Assembly: GCA_043808785.1 (NCBI GenBank)
Contig: JAZDEL010000001.1
Coordinates: 130,122 to 194,121 of the forward strand
DNA: 64,000 nt
Direction of reading: 5' to 3'
Source of the DNA: Candidatus Iainarchaeum sp.
GTDB lineage: Archaea; Iainarchaeota; Iainarchaeia; Iainarchaeales; JAZDEL01
Numbering within the stretch: the stretch's first letter is position 1; the number at the start of each line of letters is the position of its first letter. This document shows, piece by piece, positions 27,631 through 36,450 of this stretch. A program made the translations under genes and the position numbers. The notes beneath the pieces are model-generated. The model was not told the origin of the DNA. It searched no databases and saw nothing but the letters and a program-made list of their open reading frames with translations.

Positions 27631-28689
27631 TTACTTCACGCACTTTCCGGCTTCACAGCGTGTGCAGCCGCTTATGCTTGCCACTGGCACAGAAACCTCT
27701 GTGCAGCTCTCCCTTCTCTCGCCGTAGAATCCCGTGGCGCAAACATACTCTACGATCTTGTTCACGCCGCCCTCGATTGTGCAGTAATCCCTGAACGAGC
27801 GCGCGTTCACGCTCTTCCCGCTGTTCGTGTCCCAGTGGTCAACGCAGCTTCCCGCCTTGAAATAGTTCTGGTCGTCGCTGTCGCTGCAAGGCCACGCTAT
27901 CACAAGGTCGTTGCAGCATCCTGTGGCTTCGGTGGAATATATGTAATCTTCGGGTATCAGGCAGGTATTTGCGTCCACCATCGGGCTGCCGTCCTTTCCC
28001 ACCTGCAGCATGCAGTTGCAGTCGAAATCCCCGCGCTCGCAGTTCGCAACGCACCCGTCCCCCGGGCTGCAGGTTGCGCCCTCTATGCAAAGCGCCTCAA
28101 AGGGGCAGCATTCCTTCGTGTCCGAGGCGGGAAGGAACTTCCTTGTGCATGCGCTCCCATCTTCACACAACTTGCCGTGGCTCTCCTTGCACGCCCTGTA
28201 AACGCACGCTTCGGAACAGCAGTTAGTGCTGTCCGAGGCGGAAATAAGCCTGCCGTTGCATAATTGGCCCGTGCCGCATATGCTACCCTTGCGCTCCTTG
28301 CATGTCTGGAGTTCGCAGCCGCCCTTTACGCACTTCTTGTTCGGGTCGCAGTCGGCATTGGTTTTGCACGCCTCGAGCGGCACGCACTTGCCCTGCAGGC
28401 ACTTCTGGCTGGCCAGGCACTTCACATCCTGCTGGCACGTGGCACAGTCCTCGCCCTTTTCGATAATCCCGTTTCCGCACAAAGGCGCCTGCACTTCGGT
28501 GCCTGTGCCGTTTCCGCCCCGCCCTCCGCAGTCCTGCGGGCAGGTAAGGCTGCTCTCCATAATGCGGTTGCATATCTTGTCCCCGCATTCAGCCTCAAGT
28601 TCGGCGCAGCCGCTGAGCATCACAACCGCAGCCGCGGCGGCAAAAAACGCCAGGGCAAACAAATACGCGCGCATGAACCAATAATACAT
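27631..28689 (-). CDS. Cys-rich secreted protein / possible lipoprotein (~60 Cys)
   Basis: Signal peptide ending VMLSGCAE, then numerous CxxxC / CC motifs. Similar Cys modules occur in the 9345, 12106 and 41788 proteins. Confidence 0.7.
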   Translation of the reverse strand: MYYWFMRAYLFALAFFAAAAAVVMLSGCAELEAECGDKICNRIMESSLTCPQDCGGRGGNGTGTEVQAPLCGNGIIEKGEDCATCQQDVKCLASQKCLQGKCVPLEACKTNADCDPNKKCVKGGCELQTCKERKGSICGTGQLCNGRLISASDSTNCCSEACVYRACKESHGKLCEDGSACTRKFLPASDTKECCPFEALCIEGATCSPGDGCVANCERGDFDCNCMLQVGKDGSPMVDANTCLIPEDYIYSTEATGCCNDLVIAWPCSDSDDQNYFKAGSCVDHWDTNSGKSVNARSFRDYCTIEGGVNKIVEYVCATGFYGERRESCTEVSVPVASISGCTRCEAGKCVK

Positions 28690-28827
28690 TTATTGTTATA
28701 TATAAATGTGTACATTCGGTAGTTTATAGCACGTAGCAGAAAGCTTCTGCCCTCAGATAGGGGATGAATGCTGCGCACACCTATGAGATGCCTTGTTTGT
28801 TCTGGCAAATCCTTCTTCTGAAAGGCA

Positions 28828-29676
28828 TTGGGCACATCCATGTTGCGAGGCGAGTGTGCCCTGTGTTGCTTAAAAGGATTTCGGGGGAAACAATATCTTG
28901 GGCTAGTGAACGAAATGCTTTTTCGTGAAATAATAGAAGCGCTGCTGGGGGAGTACCAAGGCGACATCAGCATAGAGAAAGACATTGAAACGTTGTCTGA
29001 TGAAGAGCTGTTCAAGAAGATTATTTCCCAGATTCTGCAGCAGGGTAGGAAGGCCAGTGGCGTAACCACTACTCTGGACAAAATAGAAAAAGACCCTGCG
29101 TTCAAGGGCTGGCGCCCAGAAACATTCTGTTCCGACAGCGGGAAAGATATTCTGAAGAAATACGTGGACAAGACTGGGAAAACCCCAAAAACAAGGCTGA
29201 TACTTGAAAGTGCGAAGCAGATTTCAAAAATAGGCGTAAAGGAATGGGTTAACGCCCTCAAAGATGGCAAGGCATATATCGGCAAAAAAAGCAGGGACGA
29301 TTTTCTGAAGGAGAGAGGGTTCTTCGAGTTCATCCCGATTGACAGATATTATCCGCCGTTCCTTGCCAAGACAGGGCTACTTTTCTATTACGCCAAGAAA
29401 AAGCCGAAAACAAACATGGCAATTCTTTTGCTGGGTTTGGGGCGCGAGGGGTACAACGGATACCGGCAGATGATGCTTGACATGATAGGGGATGAATTGA
29501 AGGGGCTCAAGCTGAAGGGTCTTTATTTGTCGGAGAACCCTGGGCTCGTGGACAAGCTCATATGGAGGCACTGCGCAAAAAAGCCGTACGCCAAGGAGAT
29601 ATGCACGAATACGGATCCGCACTGCGGCATATGCAAGCTTAATCATCTGTGTTTGTTTGCAAAAAGCCAGTTATGA
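28828..29676 (+). CDS. Putative [4Fe-4S]-cluster protein with an endonuclease-III-type C-X6-C-X2-C-X5-C loop; possibly a divergent HhH-type DNA glycosylase
   Basis: The C-terminal CTNTDPHCGICKLNHLC matches the EndoIII/MutY Fe-S cluster loop spacing. No clear canonical HhH-GPD motif was seen. The start is uncertain. Confidence 0.45.
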   Translation: MGTSMLRGECALCCLKGFRGKQYLGLVNEMLFREIIEALLGEYQGDISIEKDIETLSDEELFKKIISQILQQGRKASGVTTTLDKIEKDPAFKGWRPETFCSDSGKDILKKYVDKTGKTPKTRLILESAKQISKIGVKEWVNALKDGKAYIGKKSRDDFLKERGFFEFIPIDRYYPPFLAKTGLLFYYAKKKPKTNMAILLLGLGREGYNGYRQMMLDMIGDELKGLKLKGLYLSENPGLVDKLIWRHCAKKPYAKEICTNTDPHCGICKLNHLCLFAKSQL

Positions 29677-29712
29677 ACGCAAACGTTCGCGGAGATAATT
29701 GCTTCGCTGATA

Positions 29713-30078
29713 TCAGTTGCGGACAGGTAAGAGTTGAAAAAGAGAGGACAACATATTAGTTAGAAAGTCTTTGTTCAGTAGAAAGGATACCAAAAAACAA
29801 AAAACGAATAAGGCGGCCATAACGCATCTTGCGAAATTCCAAGAATATATTATTTGATTGTCGGAGTAACCTTTGGGCGAAGCCCCCCATTTATCGCCAT
29901 AATGGTCTTCCGCCCACACAGTGGCTCCCAGAAAAAAGAGGGCACCGATGGGCGCAATAAATTGCAACTGAAAATGCCCTGACGCGAAGGTCAAGATAAG
30001 TATCAATACTGCAAACCAAGCCGTGAGCTCACCGGGGCTGTTAGGGCGCAATTTGCCGAGAGGAGGATTAACATTCAT
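29713..30078 (-). CDS. Small membrane protein in the AT-rich flank of the IS element
   Basis: Hydrophobic 121-aa ORF in low-GC DNA adjacent to tnpB. Confidence 0.35.
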   Translation of the reverse strand: MNVNPPLGKLRPNSPGELTAWFAVLILILTFASGHFQLQFIAPIGALFFLGATVWAEDHYGDKWGASPKGYSDNQIIYSWNFARCVMAALFVFCFLVSFLLNKDFLTNMLSSLFQLLPVRN

Positions 30079-30167
30079 ACTAACGCTCTAAAGCTAATTG
30101 TTTAAAAACGGCGCACCGGAAACGCACCCTGAACACATATATAAACGCCAAAACGCAAATATAACTG

Positions 30168-31391
30168 ATGCAGCTCATAAAAACAATAAAGGTAAAGATA
30201 CACAAGCCGACAAAGGTAAAGGCACGGCTGATGCATCTCATTCACGAGAATGCCCTATTGCTAAATCAGTATGCGGGGCTGATTCAGAAACACAAAACTG
30301 CCTCGAAGGCGGAGCTTCACAGGCTCACTTACAAAACACTGCGGGAAACATCCAAGCTTCCATCGGCAATAATCCAGACCGCCCGCGATAAGGCAATAGA
30401 AGCGCACAAATCCTATCGCGGCAGGGTAAAACGCAAAATGAAAGCAAGTCCGCCAGCCTTCGGCAAAAACGCGCCTGTGCGCCTTGACAGCAGAACGCTT
30501 CAAATAAGAGAAACTGGCAACAAAATCAAATACTTTGCCTCGCTTGCAACAAACGGTGAAAGGGTTCACGTGCCCCTGCTCGGGCACCGATACCAGCATA
30601 AATATCTTGCAATGCTGGTGCGCGGCGAGTTGCAGATGGGGGCGGCAGAGCTTCTGAGAAAAGGAGATGATTTTTACATTTACCTCACAGTGAAGAAGGA
30701 AGCCGCACCTTGTGCGGCTAATGAAAGTGCAACGCCGATTGCAGTAGATTTGGGGCTTGTGAACCTCTCAACTTCCGTGATTTTGAGAGGCGGCAAGCCT
30801 ACAAACATAACTTTCCACAGGGGCGGAAATGCGATAAGAATGCGAAATCACTTTGCCGCATTCCGCGCCTCGCTGGGAAAGGCAAAAAAGCTCTGGAGAA
30901 TAAAATCCGCAAAAAGAAAGGAGCAGCGCTGGATGCGAGACCTCAACCATAAGATATCTTCGGCAATAGTCAGGCAGGCAAGCAGCGTGGCAAATCCCGT
31001 GATAGTGCTGGAGCGGCTAAAATACATAAGGCGAAAAATAAACTATTCAAGGAAAATGAACATGCTGCTACACGGGTGGAGTTTTGCCCAGCTCCAGAGT
31101 TTCATAGCGTACAAAGCCGCTTGGGCAGGCATTCCAGTGGCTTATGTAAAGGCCGACTACACCAGCCAATGCTGTAGCAAATGCGGGCACACTGAGAAGG
31201 CAAACAGAAAAGGAAGAATTTTCAGGTGCAGGAAATGTGGTTATGCGCTGAATGCAGACCTGAACGCGGCAATCAATATTGGGGGGAGATACAAAACCTT
31301 TGCATCGGGCTATATGCCGGATGTAATGGGCGACGTGGCAGCGCCCTTAGCCTTGGAGGCAATCGCTTACCAGGGAAGCCTGCGCCTTTAG
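30168..31391 (+). CDS. tnpB: TnpB (OrfB) RNA-guided endonuclease of the IS200/IS605 family
   Basis: RuvC-I IAVDLGLVN, a central Glu region, the zinc finger CCSKCGH...CRKCGY, and RuvC-III NADLNAAINIG. Confidence 0.9.
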   Translation: MQLIKTIKVKIHKPTKVKARLMHLIHENALLLNQYAGLIQKHKTASKAELHRLTYKTLRETSKLPSAIIQTARDKAIEAHKSYRGRVKRKMKASPPAFGKNAPVRLDSRTLQIRETGNKIKYFASLATNGERVHVPLLGHRYQHKYLAMLVRGELQMGAAELLRKGDDFYIYLTVKKEAAPCAANESATPIAVDLGLVNLSTSVILRGGKPTNITFHRGGNAIRMRNHFAAFRASLGKAKKLWRIKSAKRKEQRWMRDLNHKISSAIVRQASSVANPVIVLERLKYIRRKINYSRKMNMLLHGWSFAQLQSFIAYKAAWAGIPVAYVKADYTSQCCSKCGHTEKANRKGRIFRCRKCGYALNADLNAAINIGGRYKTFASGYMPDVMGDVAAPLALEAIAYQGSLRL

Positions 31392-31600
31392 GTGCGGAAT
31401 GATGTCACATATAAACCTATTTTCCCCGTGCCTAGGAAAACCCCGCACGGGTTCCAGCCCTGCGTAAGCCCCGTTTTTTATTGCCTCTGCATTTGGCGCA
31501 CCCTTGCATGTAACCCCCTGTTTGCCCCTGCCCGCGAAAACCTCGCTTTTTATTGCTTTTGCACCATAATGCAATCGTTAAAAAACCGAAAAAATGAACA
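31250..31600 (+). ncRNA. Candidate TnpB omega-RNA (reRNA) / right-end region
   Basis: It overlaps the tnpB 3' end and continues through the hairpin CCCGTGC-n13-GCACGGG (31426-31452) and GCCCCGTTTTTT. The call rests on position alone. Confidence 0.3.
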
Positions 31601-31619
31601 GAAAAAAAGGAGGGTTTTC

Positions 31620-32381
31620 ATGATTGTCGAACTGCTGTTTTCCGGATTTGTTTTCCTGATTGTAATCCTTGTCGCCATGCTCCTGCTCGGCCTAAGGCTC
31701 CTTTACCAGTACGAGCGCGGCGTGCTTTTCACGCTGGGAAAATTCACGGGCGTAAAGAACCCGGGCCTGATATGGATAATCCCCCTGGTGCAGAGCATGA
31801 GGAAAATGGACATGCGCATAAAGACCGCGGACATACCAAGGCAGGAAGTCATAACCAAGGACAACATACCGATACTCGCGAACACCGTGGTTTATTTCAG
31901 GGTCGAGAGGCCGGAGGATGCGGTTATTAAGATTGAGGATTTCGAGTACGCGGTGAAGCAGTTTACCCAGGCCGCGCTTAGGGATGTTGTGGGGAACTCC
32001 GAACTCGATTTTGTGCTCACGGAGAGGGAGAAGATTGCGGACAGCACAAAGAAGATTGTCGATGCGGAAACTTCGGGCTGGGGCGTTGACATCGAGGCAA
32101 TAAAGATACAGGAGATTGAACTGCCCGCGGAAATGAAGCGCGCAATGGCGAAGCAGGCGGAAGCGGAGAGGGAAAGGCGCGCGGTAATAATTTCGGCTGA
32201 AGGGGAACTGAAGGCTTCGGAGAACCTGAAGAAAGCGGCGGACAACCTTGCAAAGAGCCCTTTTGCCGTGCATTTGAGGACGCTGCAGACGATAAGGGAC
32301 ATCGCTGCCGACCCTTCGGAGAAGATAGTGCTCTTCCTGCCCTCGGACATAGGCGAAGGGCTGAAGAAAATCCTTAAGTAG
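31620..32381 (+). CDS. SPFH/band-7 (stomatin/prohibitin-like) protein
   Basis: N-terminal TM, then the SPFH core (...RVERPEDAVIKIEDFEYAV...ELPAEMKRAMAKQAEAERERRA). GGAGG RBS 8 nt upstream of the ATG at 31620. The annotated N-terminal extension back to 31392 was rejected. Confidence 0.85.
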   Translation: MIVELLFSGFVFLIVILVAMLLLGLRLLYQYERGVLFTLGKFTGVKNPGLIWIIPLVQSMRKMDMRIKTADIPRQEVITKDNIPILANTVVYFRVERPEDAVIKIEDFEYAVKQFTQAALRDVVGNSELDFVLTEREKIADSTKKIVDAETSGWGVDIEAIKIQEIELPAEMKRAMAKQAEAERERRAVIISAEGELKASENLKKAADNLAKSPFAVHLRTLQTIRDIAADPSEKIVLFLPSDIGEGLKKILK

Positions 32382-32495
32382 GGTGCCCCGATGCCAAGGC
32401 ACATATGCGGAGCGCCGGCTATGGTTGCTGCGGTTGCCTGCCTGCAGGCACGTGCTTCCTTTTTGCCCGGGCGCAATTGCGCGGAGGTTTCCTGA

Positions 32496-33161
32496 ATGCT
32501 CGACCATAAGGAGCGCTATCTCCAGATTGCGTTCAACCACGACCTTGCTTCCGTGCGCAGGATACTTCCGAGGCTCCCGCGGAATGAAAGGATTCTGGTT
32601 GAGGCGGGCACGCCCTTCATAAAGCGCTACGGCTTCCAGGGCATAAGGGAAATCGCAGGGCTCTGGGGAGGGATGGTCGTGGCGGACCTGAAAACCGCGG
32701 ACGGCGCCGCGGAGGAAGTTGAGTTGGCGCGCGCCTCGGGCGCATCAGCAGCAACAGTGCTCGGCTGCGCGCCCGTGGAAACAATCGACCTGTTCATACG
32801 GAAATGCGCCGAACTCGGAATGGATTCCATGGTTGACATGCTGGGTGTCGAAGAGCCGCTCAGGGTGCTGATGAACCTGAAAAAGCCGCCTGCCGTCGTT
32901 GTCCTGCACAAGGGCAGGGATGAGGAAACCACAAGGGGCAAGGTCATAAAGTACAAGCACATAAACAAGATAAGGAGCAAGTGCGATGTGCTGATTTCCG
33001 CTGCGGGGGGCATAGATTTGAAGGAGGCAAGGAGCGCGATTTTCAACGGCGCGAACATTGTAGTGGCAAATCTTGTTTCCGCGCAGGACCCCTGGACGGG
33101 GATAAGGTACGACAGCGATGTCACGAAAATGGCCGAGCAGTTCCTTAGGACTATTGAGTGA
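32496..33161 (+). CDS. 3-hexulose-6-phosphate synthase-like protein of the OMP-decarboxylase suprafamily
   Basis: EAGTPFIKRYG, VVADLKTADGA (DxKxxD), ATVLGCA and SAAGGI align with HPS/KGPDC signatures. Confidence 0.65.
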   Translation: MLDHKERYLQIAFNHDLASVRRILPRLPRNERILVEAGTPFIKRYGFQGIREIAGLWGGMVVADLKTADGAAEEVELARASGASAATVLGCAPVETIDLFIRKCAELGMDSMVDMLGVEEPLRVLMNLKKPPAVVVLHKGRDEETTRGKVIKYKHINKIRSKCDVLISAAGGIDLKEARSAIFNGANIVVANLVSAQDPWTGIRYDSDVTKMAEQFLRTIE

Positions 33162-33227
33162 GTGCAATGGAATTCCGCTGGCGCAATAGAATGAACGTTT
33201 AAATACCAGAATGCACATAGTTCTGGC

Positions 33228-34523
33228 ATGGCAATGGAATTAGGCAAGGAGAATTCCATAATAGGCCGCGACTCATCCGCAATAGAGAAGCACGGCGAGA
33301 AGGGCACTGCTTACATAGGCAAGGTTGTGATGAGCGCGGGGGAACATCCCGTGCTGGGGAGGAAGGTGCTTTGTGATATTGCCCAGCCCCACGTCATGCT
33401 TATCTGCGGCAAGCGCGGGGGCGGAAAAAGTTATAGTCTTGCAGTCCTGCTCGAAGAATTCGCGCGCCAGCCCCTTGAAATACGGCGCAGGCTTTCGGTT
33501 ATTGCAATAGATACGGTGGGAATTTTCTGGACCCTGAAGGTTCCGAACAAGGCCGAGGCAAAGGAACTCGAGCGCTGGGATTTGAAGCCCGCGGCAACGG
33601 ATGTAAGGGTTCTGGTTCCCGAGGGCAAATTGGATTTTTACAAAAAAAAGGAAATTCCTGTGGATGGTTCGTTCACGATAAAAACCTCCGAGCTCGACAT
33701 CACGGAATGGCTGGCGCTTTTCAAGTTAACCTGGAAGGATGCGGAGGGAATACTCCTCACGCGCATCATTGAGGAACTCAGGGAAAAAATGGGCGCTCTT
33801 TTCGGGATTGAGGACCTCATTGCAGCTGTGCGTAAGGATAAAGAAAGCGACTTGCTTACCCGGCAGGCTCTTGCGAACCGCCTCGGCATTTCGAAGGAGT
33901 GGGGCATTTTCAGGAAGCAGGGGATGAAAATAAGGGATATTGTGAATCCGGGGCAGATTACTGTGATAGACGTTTCCGCATACAGGCAGGCTTTGGGAAT
34001 GGAGGGCACGCGCGACATTATTGTGGGGCTGCTCGCGAAAAAACTTTTCGAGGAGCGCATGCTTTACCGCAAGGAGGAGGAAGTTCGTCTTGTGAAAGGG
34101 CTGAAAAGGGAGAGCGATATGCCCATAATTTGGATGCTCATAGATGAGGCGCATTTGTTCATGCCGCGGGACGAGGAGAACATTGCCCTCAGCGCGCTGC
34201 TTGAGTGGATAAGGGTCGGCAGGCAGCCGGGGCTCAGCCTTGTGCTTGCAACACAGCGCCCCAACAGGCTGCATCCCGATTCAATCTCGCAGTGCGACCT
34301 TTTCATTTCACACCGCATGACTTCACAGCCCGACATAGAGGCTGTTTCTCAGCTGCGCCCGAGTTACATGCACCAGGATTTCGGAAAATATTACCAGGAA
34401 ATGCCGCGCGAGAAGGGCTTTGCCCTCGTGCTTGACGACAACACCGAAAAACTTTGGCTGATAAAAACAAGGCCAAGGTTCTCGTGGGACGGGGGAGTAA
34501 CGGCTAGTGTGTTTGCTGACTAG
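33228..34523 (+). CDS. HerA/FtsK-like P-loop ATPase of the DUF87 family
   Basis: Walker A LICGKRGGGKSY, Walker B WMLIDEAHLF and VLATQRPN in 431 aa. Confidence 0.7.
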   Translation: MAMELGKENSIIGRDSSAIEKHGEKGTAYIGKVVMSAGEHPVLGRKVLCDIAQPHVMLICGKRGGGKSYSLAVLLEEFARQPLEIRRRLSVIAIDTVGIFWTLKVPNKAEAKELERWDLKPAATDVRVLVPEGKLDFYKKKEIPVDGSFTIKTSELDITEWLALFKLTWKDAEGILLTRIIEELREKMGALFGIEDLIAAVRKDKESDLLTRQALANRLGISKEWGIFRKQGMKIRDIVNPGQITVIDVSAYRQALGMEGTRDIIVGLLAKKLFEERMLYRKEEEVRLVKGLKRESDMPIIWMLIDEAHLFMPRDEENIALSALLEWIRVGRQPGLSLVLATQRPNRLHPDSISQCDLFISHRMTSQPDIEAVSQLRPSYMHQDFGKYYQEMPREKGFALVLDDNTEKLWLIKTRPRFSWDGGVTASVFAD

Positions 34524-34567
34524 CCCGAATAAAACATTTTTTAACCGAAATTGGTTCAGTTATTGGT

Positions 34568-35464
34568 ATGAAACTGCAGAAGCTTGACCGCAACAAGTGC
34601 CCTGTTGTAACCCTTCTTGACGATGCACTGCTTGAAAAGCGCCTTTCCGAGGCACTGTGTAGGAAAAAGGTTTGCAGCGAGCAGTGGTATCGTGAACCCG
34701 AGAAGTGGTACTCACTCACGAGTTTCAATAACCCTTACATTACGATACATTCCGAGTTTCTGCTTCTCGAGAAGAACCGCGTGCGGCTGTCCGAATTTGC
34801 GGGCAAGTCTACGCTTGTTTTCTACGGCGTCGGGACGGGGGACACAGAATCGCTTTTTGTCAAATGGATGCTTGAGAACAGCAAACATGCGGAGGTAATT
34901 GCAGTTGATGCAACCAGGACATATATAGAGCGGTTTGCCATGATTTCGCTGAACCTTGAGAATATGGTTGCGGGTTCGGAGGTTTCCTTTCTGGGGCTGC
35001 ATGCGCTTTTTGAGGGCCTGAAGCGGGATATGCTGCACCCTGAAAATTCCAAATACAAGAAAAGGGTTCACATATGCCTCGGCAACACGACAGGTAATTT
35101 TGAGCAGGGCGAGATTTTCGGGATTTTCGGCAGGCTTGCGGAAAAGGGCGAGTACCTTATACTTGGTGCGCACCTCTCCCATGACCTTGAAAAAACCCTG
35201 CGCAGTTATGACACGCCGCTTGTTTCTAATTTTGTGTTCTCCTCGATAAAGCACAAATTCTCGGACAAGGGCATAGGCGACATTGAATGGAAGATAAACA
35301 AAAAAGAAAACTCGATTGAAGCATGGCTCGGGGACGTGAATATCTTCCGCTCAAAGAAATACACGCTTGATGAAATCCGCGCGCTTGCGAAATCAAGCGG
35401 CTTTGAATTTATTGAGGAGTACAACGACGGCAATTCCGCAATAGTCGTGCTGCGGAAGAAATAG
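34568..35464 (+). CDS. EgtD-like (histidine N-alpha-methyltransferase family, Methyltransf_33-like) SAM-dependent methyltransferase
   Basis: VFYGVGTGD..., ICLGNTTGNF and LILGAHLSHDLEKTLRSYD...SNFVFSSIKHKF follow the EgtD pattern. Confidence 0.45.
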   Translation: MKLQKLDRNKCPVVTLLDDALLEKRLSEALCRKKVCSEQWYREPEKWYSLTSFNNPYITIHSEFLLLEKNRVRLSEFAGKSTLVFYGVGTGDTESLFVKWMLENSKHAEVIAVDATRTYIERFAMISLNLENMVAGSEVSFLGLHALFEGLKRDMLHPENSKYKKRVHICLGNTTGNFEQGEIFGIFGRLAEKGEYLILGAHLSHDLEKTLRSYDTPLVSNFVFSSIKHKFSDKGIGDIEWKINKKENSIEAWLGDVNIFRSKKYTLDEIRALAKSSGFEFIEEYNDGNSAIVVLRKK

Positions 35465-35530
35465 CGCGCCTGATGCTGGCTGCGCGGTTACTGTATGCAT
35501 GTTTGCGGACTGAGGGCAAGCGTAGCAGGG

Positions 35531-36403
35531 TTACTGCGGGCTTACTCGCGTATTAGCCCTTTTCCCCGCAGCCCCTGTTAACATCAGTGTTATCCACGTT
35601 GCGAAAACAAACGGCGCTGTAAGTGCGGGCCAGCCTGAAAGGTTAATGCTATAAATTATGAACACGGATAAAACCGCGGAAAACAGCGCATAGATTGCGG
35701 AGTTTTTCCCGTAACCTGAAAAGGCAATCCCGCAAAGCACCGCATTGAATCCGAATATTCCCGCGTTTACCGTGCCGAGCGGGAAAGCAAGCAAAACTGC
35801 GGCAAGCATCCCGGCAAGCGAGCCTGCAAAGGCATAGATTGCCGCCCTCCGAGAGTTAATAAAAATCGCAATCAGGAAAATTATACCCGTAATTATGCTT
35901 GCCTGAAACATCACCTGCCCTGTGCCCATTGCTAATGAGGAAATAATGTCAATTCCTGCCGAAGGCGGCAGCTGCTGCGGAATTCCCTGCGCAAGCCCGA
36001 AATAAAATATCGGCGCCATCAGGAGCCAGGTTGAAATTACGAACGGGAATGTGTAAGGGCGGAGCCTTCTTGTGTGCATGAAATTCATCACAACCGTGGA
36101 TAAGGCTGCGCCTGCAATTGTTAACACCGCCAGAATCAGGTCAAGCCTGAAAACATAAAGCATCGCAATCCCGACAAGGGCTGCGTTAAAGCCGTAGAGC
36201 CCCTTGCGTATTTCCTCCCTGTTATATTTCAGCAGAAGTGCGGTTGCCGTTCCAACAACTGTCCCGAGCAGGGCGCCGATGCAAAGGAGCCATGAATTCA
36301 AAAAAATCCCGATAAGGAAAAGCAGCCCTGTCGCCGCATTTTCCTGCAGCATTACCTGGCTTATGCCCCTGAGGATTGTGCCTGCGGAATCTTTCAGGCG
36401 CAT
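35531..36403 (-). CDS. Urea transporter (UT) family-like membrane protein
   Basis: QVMLQENAATGLLFLIGIF..., GLYGFNAALVGIA and duplicated halves are typical of the UT family. Confidence 0.5.
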   Translation of the reverse strand: MRLKDSAGTILRGISQVMLQENAATGLLFLIGIFLNSWLLCIGALLGTVVGTATALLLKYNREEIRKGLYGFNAALVGIAMLYVFRLDLILAVLTIAGAALSTVVMNFMHTRRLRPYTFPFVISTWLLMAPIFYFGLAQGIPQQLPPSAGIDIISSLAMGTGQVMFQASIITGIIFLIAIFINSRRAAIYAFAGSLAGMLAAVLLAFPLGTVNAGIFGFNAVLCGIAFSGYGKNSAIYALFSAVLSVFIIYSINLSGWPALTAPFVFATWITLMLTGAAGKRANTRVSPQ

Positions 36404-36450
36404 ATCATTAACCCCGCGCCCTGTGTGCCTGGAATTTTGACTGTCCGTGC

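Larger units (their letters stand above)
29690..31600 (+). mobile_element. IS200/IS605-family element of the tnpB-only (IS1341-like) type; the boundaries are approximate
   Basis: A sharp GC drop at 29690-30170, the tnpB ORF, and a hairpin plus T-run region after tnpB. Confidence 0.55.

Noticed and set aside
31392-31619. N-terminal 76-codon extension of the SPFH ORF
   Set aside because: No start codon is supported. The region is the tnpB 3' flank, a good GGAGG RBS precedes the ATG at 31620, and the extension translates to low-complexity sequence.
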